DNA of 62,672 bases, the filler included, from Stramenopiles sp. TOSAG23-3 (Eukaryota): assembly GCA_900128585.1 (NCBI GenBank). It is 7 parts of 7 records of this genome, joined end to end, with 100 filler letters (N's around TTAATTAATTAA, not from the genome) between each part and the next. Parts side by side here need not be neighbours in the genome. Positions count along the whole stretch, not along the records: positions 57,003 to 58,829 come from LT645346.1; positions 58,930 to 60,753 come from LT645348.1; positions 60,854 to 62,672 come from LT645349.1; 4 more parts are not named here. One strand, 5' to 3'. The notes beneath the pieces were generated by a model that was given only the letters and a program-made list of their open reading frames with translations, had not been told where the DNA came from and made no database searches. Of this stretch, positions 58,202 through 62,672 are shown in pieces; the stretch's first letter is position 1; the number at the start of each line of letters is the position of its first letter. The position numbers and the translations under genes are program-made.

Positions 58202-58594
58202 TAGAGTTCAGTTCGCAGTACTTAAATTAAATACCTAAATAATAACAGCCAATTTTCTTGTTTTTTAAAGAAAAAAGAAGGCCAACCCTAATCCTATATT
58301 GATGTTTTAATTTGATTTTTTAATTTTTCGTTTCGTCGTTGTTGATGATTGTCAAGCATCACAGAGGAATTATTATGATGCTGTTATATAGATTACTATC
58401 TTAAGTTACATGACGGGTGCGATTTGTTCGTGTCCATTTGCTTTTTTATTGAATGAATAACAGCCAATTTTCTTGTTTTTTTATACGTATATATTGTTCT
58501 TGAACTGACACCTTCTTTTTTTCTTTAATTTTAATTACTATAAAAAATAACAGCCAAAATTTTCTTGTGTAATAACAGCCAATTTTCTTGTTTT
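58202..58594 (-). repeat. Four cores of the 3'-associated element
   Basis: AATAACAGCCAA(A)TTTTCTTG at about 58241, 58456, 58546 and 58571; the first is preceded by TAGAGTTCAGTTCGCAGTA. Confidence 0.85.
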
Positions 58595-58680
58595 ATTAAA
58601 CAAATATATAATTTTAGAAAAACCTTTAAAGGTATTTTTTTAAATCAGACGTGTTCGATTACTCTTTGCTTCATTAATTT

Positions 58681-58829
58681 TCAATTGTCTGGTTTTCGGC
58701 CATACACAACTACACGGGCGCAAATATCGTTCATGTTTAACGCCGACAAGTGTTTGAACTCGGCAGACCCGACGTGGACCGCGCTCTTCGAGCGATCCTT
58801 TTTTCGGGCCTCTTCGGAGGAGCTGCCTT
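58681..58829 (-). CDS. 3' end of a gene cut by the contig edge (possibly a methyltransferase C-terminus)
   Basis: Open frame ...KSAVHVGSAEFKHLSALNMNDICARVVVYGRKPDN-stop in GC-rich sequence. The product guess is weak. Confidence 0.5.
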
Positions 58830-58929
58830 NNNNNNNNNNNNNNNNNNNNNNNNNNNNNNNNNNNNNNNNNNNNTTAATTAATTAANNNNNNNNNNNNNNN
58901 NNNNNNNNNNNNNNNNNNNNNNNNNNNNN

Positions 58930-59064
58930 AACAGAAAATACTGCGCCGAAATCGCACACAACGTCTCCACCAGGAAGCGCAAGGACATTTTGGAGCGTGC
59001 AGAAGCATTGAACGTCCGTGTGAGCAACGCCAATGGACGCATGCGCGCTGAAGAGACGAAGTAG
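58930..59064 (+). CDS. RPL32: 60S ribosomal protein eL32, C-terminal 44 aa (5' truncated)
   Basis: [44 protein letters not shown]-stop; not in the supplied ORF track. Confidence 0.95.
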   Translation, partial: NRKYCAEIAHNVSTRKRKDILERAEALNVRVSNANGRMRAEETK

Positions 59065-59069
59065 AAAAA

Positions 59070-60542
59070 ATGAAGTTTGACAAGGAGATGGGGGAGTTGG
59101 CAAATGATCCAGAAGCTGTGACGGCAACGACAAGGATCCAAGCAATACAGCGGGGTAGACGGAAACGAAAGGAAGTAGAAGAGCAGACAGAAGCGGCTAG
59201 AAAAATCCAGAAAATACAGCGGGGAAAATTAGCCCGCAAAGAGAGGGCCGAGCAGACAGATGCGGCGTTAAAGATTCAGAAAGTGCATAGAGGAAAGCTT
59301 GCCAGGCAAGAGCGGCAAGAGCAGGCAGCTGCCGCAAGCAAAATCCAAGCCATTCACCGGGGCAAGAAGACCCGCGAACGGCTGGGCAACGGGGATTACG
59401 GCGCCCAACCTTCTGCAGTGAGAATGGTGCGCCCCGGGGAAGAAAGCCGCAACCAAAAGGTGGACAAGGAAGAAAACGAAGGATCTGAATCGTTTGCGTC
59501 GACGCTTGTGATGCCTACTAACCTTCCCCAGGCTATGCGCATCATTCGGGAACTGCAAAGCCGCGAAAAAGACTTATTAGGAATACAAAAAATTCAAAAC
59601 ACGAAAATGAAGACGCTGAAACACAAGGCAGAAACCACAGTAGGACAATTGGCCCAAGAAATCGACATGCTGAGCACTGAAATGCAAGAGATGCGATTTG
59701 CGCTTGAGCAGGAAAGTAAAAAGACAAAGCAGGAAGGCAATTTGCGCCGTGCCGCCGAACAAGAAGCGGCACGGTTGAGGAGAGAAATCTCTTCCTTAAA
59801 AGTGGAACTAAAAGATGGCACGTCGCAGGTTACTAGAATGACCGTCGAAAACCAACGACTGGAAGCCATTTTATCAAAGGTTGGGGATGGCGCACTGGAC
59901 GATTTAGAAGATAGGTTGCGGAAGTCGGAGGAGTTGCGATGGAAAGCGGAGATGGATTGTGAAAAACTGCGCGCAGAGCTGAACTGGCAGACGAACTCAA
60001 GGATGGACGAACGATTGACCGTCGCGAGCTTAGAAGACGAGCTGCAGCAGTCAAGAGCAGAAAAGCGCCGCTCTGAAATGAGAAAAATTCAAGTCGAAGA
60101 AGCGCTAGAACAATGCCTCGCGCAGCTTAGAAGCAAGAAGCGAGAGACCTCCGACATGAGAAAGCGCATTGAAATGATGATATCGTCCAATAGAAACCGT
60201 CCCCTCGGAGAGAGTACGGGCCGGGGAATGCCTAGTTTTGATAGCGTGGTGAAACATTCATCGAGTCCCACAAAGGTGTTTCCACCAGCTAAGGGGTCTG
60301 GGAAGCAGAGGTTTGCGGCGTACATTCAGGACGGCACGATGATAGAGTCCCCAAAGAAAGCCCAGACAAGAAAAGCTGCAGAGCTTCGTAAATCAATACA
60401 CACGCTTCGGCGTAATGTCGGCAAGGGAATAGACAGTTACGTAGACGCATATTCCACGACAAAATTTCCAAAGCAACAACTCTCACCCGAGAGAAACCAG
60501 CGGGGGCGAACTCAGACAGGAAGGGGGGACCACTGGAGGTAG
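59070..60542 (+). CDS. IQ-motif and coiled-coil protein
   Basis: Four IQxxxRG motifs (IQAIQRG, IQKIQRG, IQKVHRG, IQAIHRG) followed by a long heptad region. Confidence 0.85.
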   Translation: MKFDKEMGELANDPEAVTATTRIQAIQRGRRKRKEVEEQTEAARKIQKIQRGKLARKERAEQTDAALKIQKVHRGKLARQERQEQAAAASKIQAIHRGKKTRERLGNGDYGAQPSAVRMVRPGEESRNQKVDKEENEGSESFASTLVMPTNLPQAMRIIRELQSREKDLLGIQKIQNTKMKTLKHKAETTVGQLAQEIDMLSTEMQEMRFALEQESKKTKQEGNLRRAAEQEAARLRREISSLKVELKDGTSQVTRMTVENQRLEAILSKVGDGALDDLEDRLRKSEELRWKAEMDCEKLRAELNWQTNSRMDERLTVASLEDELQQSRAEKRRSEMRKIQVEEALEQCLAQLRSKKRETSDMRKRIEMMISSNRNRPLGESTGRGMPSFDSVVKHSSSPTKVFPPAKGSGKQRFAAYIQDGTMIESPKKAQTRKAAELRKSIHTLRRNVGKGIDSYVDAYSTTKFPKQQLSPERNQRGRTQTGRGDHWR

Positions 60543-60632
60543 GAAAGAAGTTTTTTTTTTTTCAAAATGTTTTATAAAAACAGAAATAATGGCTGTAAGA
60601 GTAACAAGTTGTAAATTATTTTTTTTAATATT

Positions 60633-60753
60633 AAGAAAAATTGGCTGTTAGGGTGTTTAAGTGTAATCAAAATTAATGTACACTGCGAACTGAAATCTAG
60701 ATTTAGACATTCTAGGTTTGCATTCCTTCATGAACTGCGAACTTATCTTTGCT
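60633..60753 (+). repeat. Dispersed 3'-associated element, insert subtype
   Basis: AAAAATTGGCTGTTA then ACTGCGAACTGAAATCTAGATTTAGACATTCTAGGTTTGCATTCCTTCATGAACTGCGAACTTATC, matching 14085-14141 and the reverse complement of 18205-18230. Confidence 0.85.
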
Positions 60754-60853
60754 NNNNNNNNNNNNNNNNNNNNNNNNNNNNNNNNNNNNNNNNNNNNTTA
60801 ATTAATTAANNNNNNNNNNNNNNNNNNNNNNNNNNNNNNNNNNNNNNNNNNNN

Positions 60854-62672
60854 CAGCAGGCAACGTCGTCAAGTTATTCTCGGACAGGTCGACAGATGCC
60901 AACGCAGTGTTTTTATCAAATATTCCGGCAGGCAACATCGCCAGTTTATTATTTCTCAGGCTAAGGTGATACAAAGCCGTATTTTTATTAAATATTCCAG
61001 GAGGCAACGTCGTCAGCCGGTTATGGAACAGTGCTAAAAAGCCCAACGCCGTGAGCCCATCAAATATTCCAGGAGGCAACGTCCTTAGCTGGTTATCCCA
61101 TAGGTATAAATCTGTCAACGCCGTGAGCCCATCGAACATGCCTACCGATATGTTTGTAATTTTGTGAGCGCTTAAATCGATTTTTCCCACACCCAAAGGT
61201 ATGTTGAGGATGTTCACAGGTCCGATGATTTTGTGCCTGCGACATTCCAACACCTTCCTAACATCACCTTCATAATTAACTGACTCGTACGAACACCCAA
61301 GCCATTGGTACATGCACCCCGACAAAGGGCACGCCACCGTATTGCTGGGGTTGGCGTAGCAGCTACCATCATCTACCGCATCCTTCGTCGCGCCAGTGGG
61401 TACCATCTCGCCCGTTGTCTCGTTTTCCCCGATCTCGCAGGTATTTTTCAACTCCGTGCTGAGATCGGCAAGGTTAAAATCAAATTCCATGCATAGCCTG
61501 GACCGGCTGTTTAGCGCATTGGACATTGCGATTTCGTCCAAATTTTCTCCAAAGTCCAATGCGGACACATCAATCCCAACGACGCCTTCGAGGACCCGAC
61601 GGCCGCTTTGAATGGTAAAGACTGGCTTCGACACGGTGGTTGTCTTCCCCTGCCCCGACGAATCAATGTAGAATTCCGACCACCGCGATTTTGAACTTGT
61701 GGATATTGGAATCTTCCCAGCAAAGTACTCATAGTAACGTGTCATGGCATGCTTGATACCCGCTATGTTGCCGTCTTTGATCGTTGCCATCCACCCTCGG
61801 TTTTGGCACGCAAGAATCCTCATGTCTCCCGTTTCTGCACCGCTACCGAGGGCGTAGGTGAAAATGTGGGCTTTGGAAAGGCCGGCGTTTACCATACCAT
61901 TCTGCTCGGTGTCCAGCCACCCTAAATTATCTGTATCGATATCTGTCATTATTCCATCTGTTAGAAATGATATGATCCGAAGGCAGCCGCTCGTTTTCGA
62001 CTCCGCTGCACTGTCTTTAAAAATCTGAAAGGCTAATTCGAGTCCTTTTTTCCCATTCGTCTGACCGCCCGGCTGAAGGCCTTCTATGTACTCCCTCAGT
62101 ATCCTCTTGTTGTAGTGCGTCCCTTGGAGCAAGCGTGACCCTTGCGAGTCTGCCTCTCGGCTATATTGAATGACTTGAATGAAATCAAAGAATGTCATCG
62201 TGTCCAGTTGGGCAATGGCCCCTTTCTTCATGATGTCCATTCGCCCTTTGGTTGTCATCGACCCAGAGACGTCGAGGACCAGTATCAGGTCCTTCGGCCC
62301 CGTGACGGCCGCCGAGTACCAGGACTGGTACCGCGGGTCGTAGTCGTCGCACCAGCACATCGTCTTATCCGACGCGGGGTATTGTGCGAATAACCCTGTT
62401 TTTTGACCACCAAAGTACTGCAATAACGTGGTATCCACAAGGTCGCCCCACTTGCTCCTGTTGGACAACTTTTCCCTGAACGTACCCGCGGCGCCGCGGC
62501 TTGCGCAAATTTCCGCTCTCGTCGCTTCGTTCTGTTCGGTTTGGTTTTGTATCTTGTAACCCAACAAGTCCCCTATTTCCACCGGGTTCGTGCACATGTC
62601 CGGGTATGTGTAGTCACCAATATCCGGACACTCTCCTTCCACGGAATTGGAAGTGATCGCATTGTATTTACT
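60854..62672 (-). CDS. Calcium-channel alpha2-delta-like VWA + Cache protein fused to leucine-rich repeats (both ends truncated)
   Basis: YDPRYQSWY...PKDLILVLDVSGSM (MIDAS), FLTDG, IFTYALG, WSEFYID...TVSKPV...GVVGIDV, then 24-aa LRRs of type LxxLxLxxNxLxxLPPGIF. Confidence 0.85.

Noticed and set aside
14167-60853. TTAATTAATTAA palindrome flanked by Ns, repeated six times; apparent gene clusters across it
   Set aside because: Artificial six-frame-stop linker. Contigs are size-sorted, so neighbours across linkers are not linked, and ORF-track entries ending XXXLIN are artefacts.

Overview
The window is not one locus. It is seven unrelated contigs of a eukaryotic genome (four of about 14.1 kb, three of about 1.8 kb, in descending length order) joined by artificial N44-TTAATTAATTAA-N44 linkers. 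The genome is gene-dense and intron-poor with AT-rich spacers. It belongs to a flagellated protist (PACRG, CFAP97-like), probably a stramenopile/SAR member (inference). Ordinary genes: CobW/COG0523 GTPase, GDT1/TMEM165, alkaline ceramidase, CCR4/Angel-type EEP, thioredoxin reductase, coronin, Na+/solute symporter, SPFH protein, RPB2, PrimPol, RPL32. Most interesting: (1) a single-chain protein with an MLKL-like N-terminal bundle, an apparently active TKL kinase and 24 ankyrin repeats with near-identical DNA frameworks but variable binding faces, a candidate protist immune/cell-death receptor; (2) a >4000-aa nine-TM cadherin/IPT receptor broken by five same-direction (+1) frameshifts, each at a homopolymer; (3) a dispersed TTGGCTGTTATTT-core element lying in sense orientation just downstream of many stop codons; (4) a PHTF-like member of the insect odorant-receptor-related 7TM channel superfamily; (5) an alpha2-delta-like VWA/Cache-LRR fusion; (6) a P4-ATPase lacking its catalytic core and carrying EF-hands; (7) RPL32 ending 5 nt before the next ATG. 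All family assignments come from motif recognition by eye; no searches were run.
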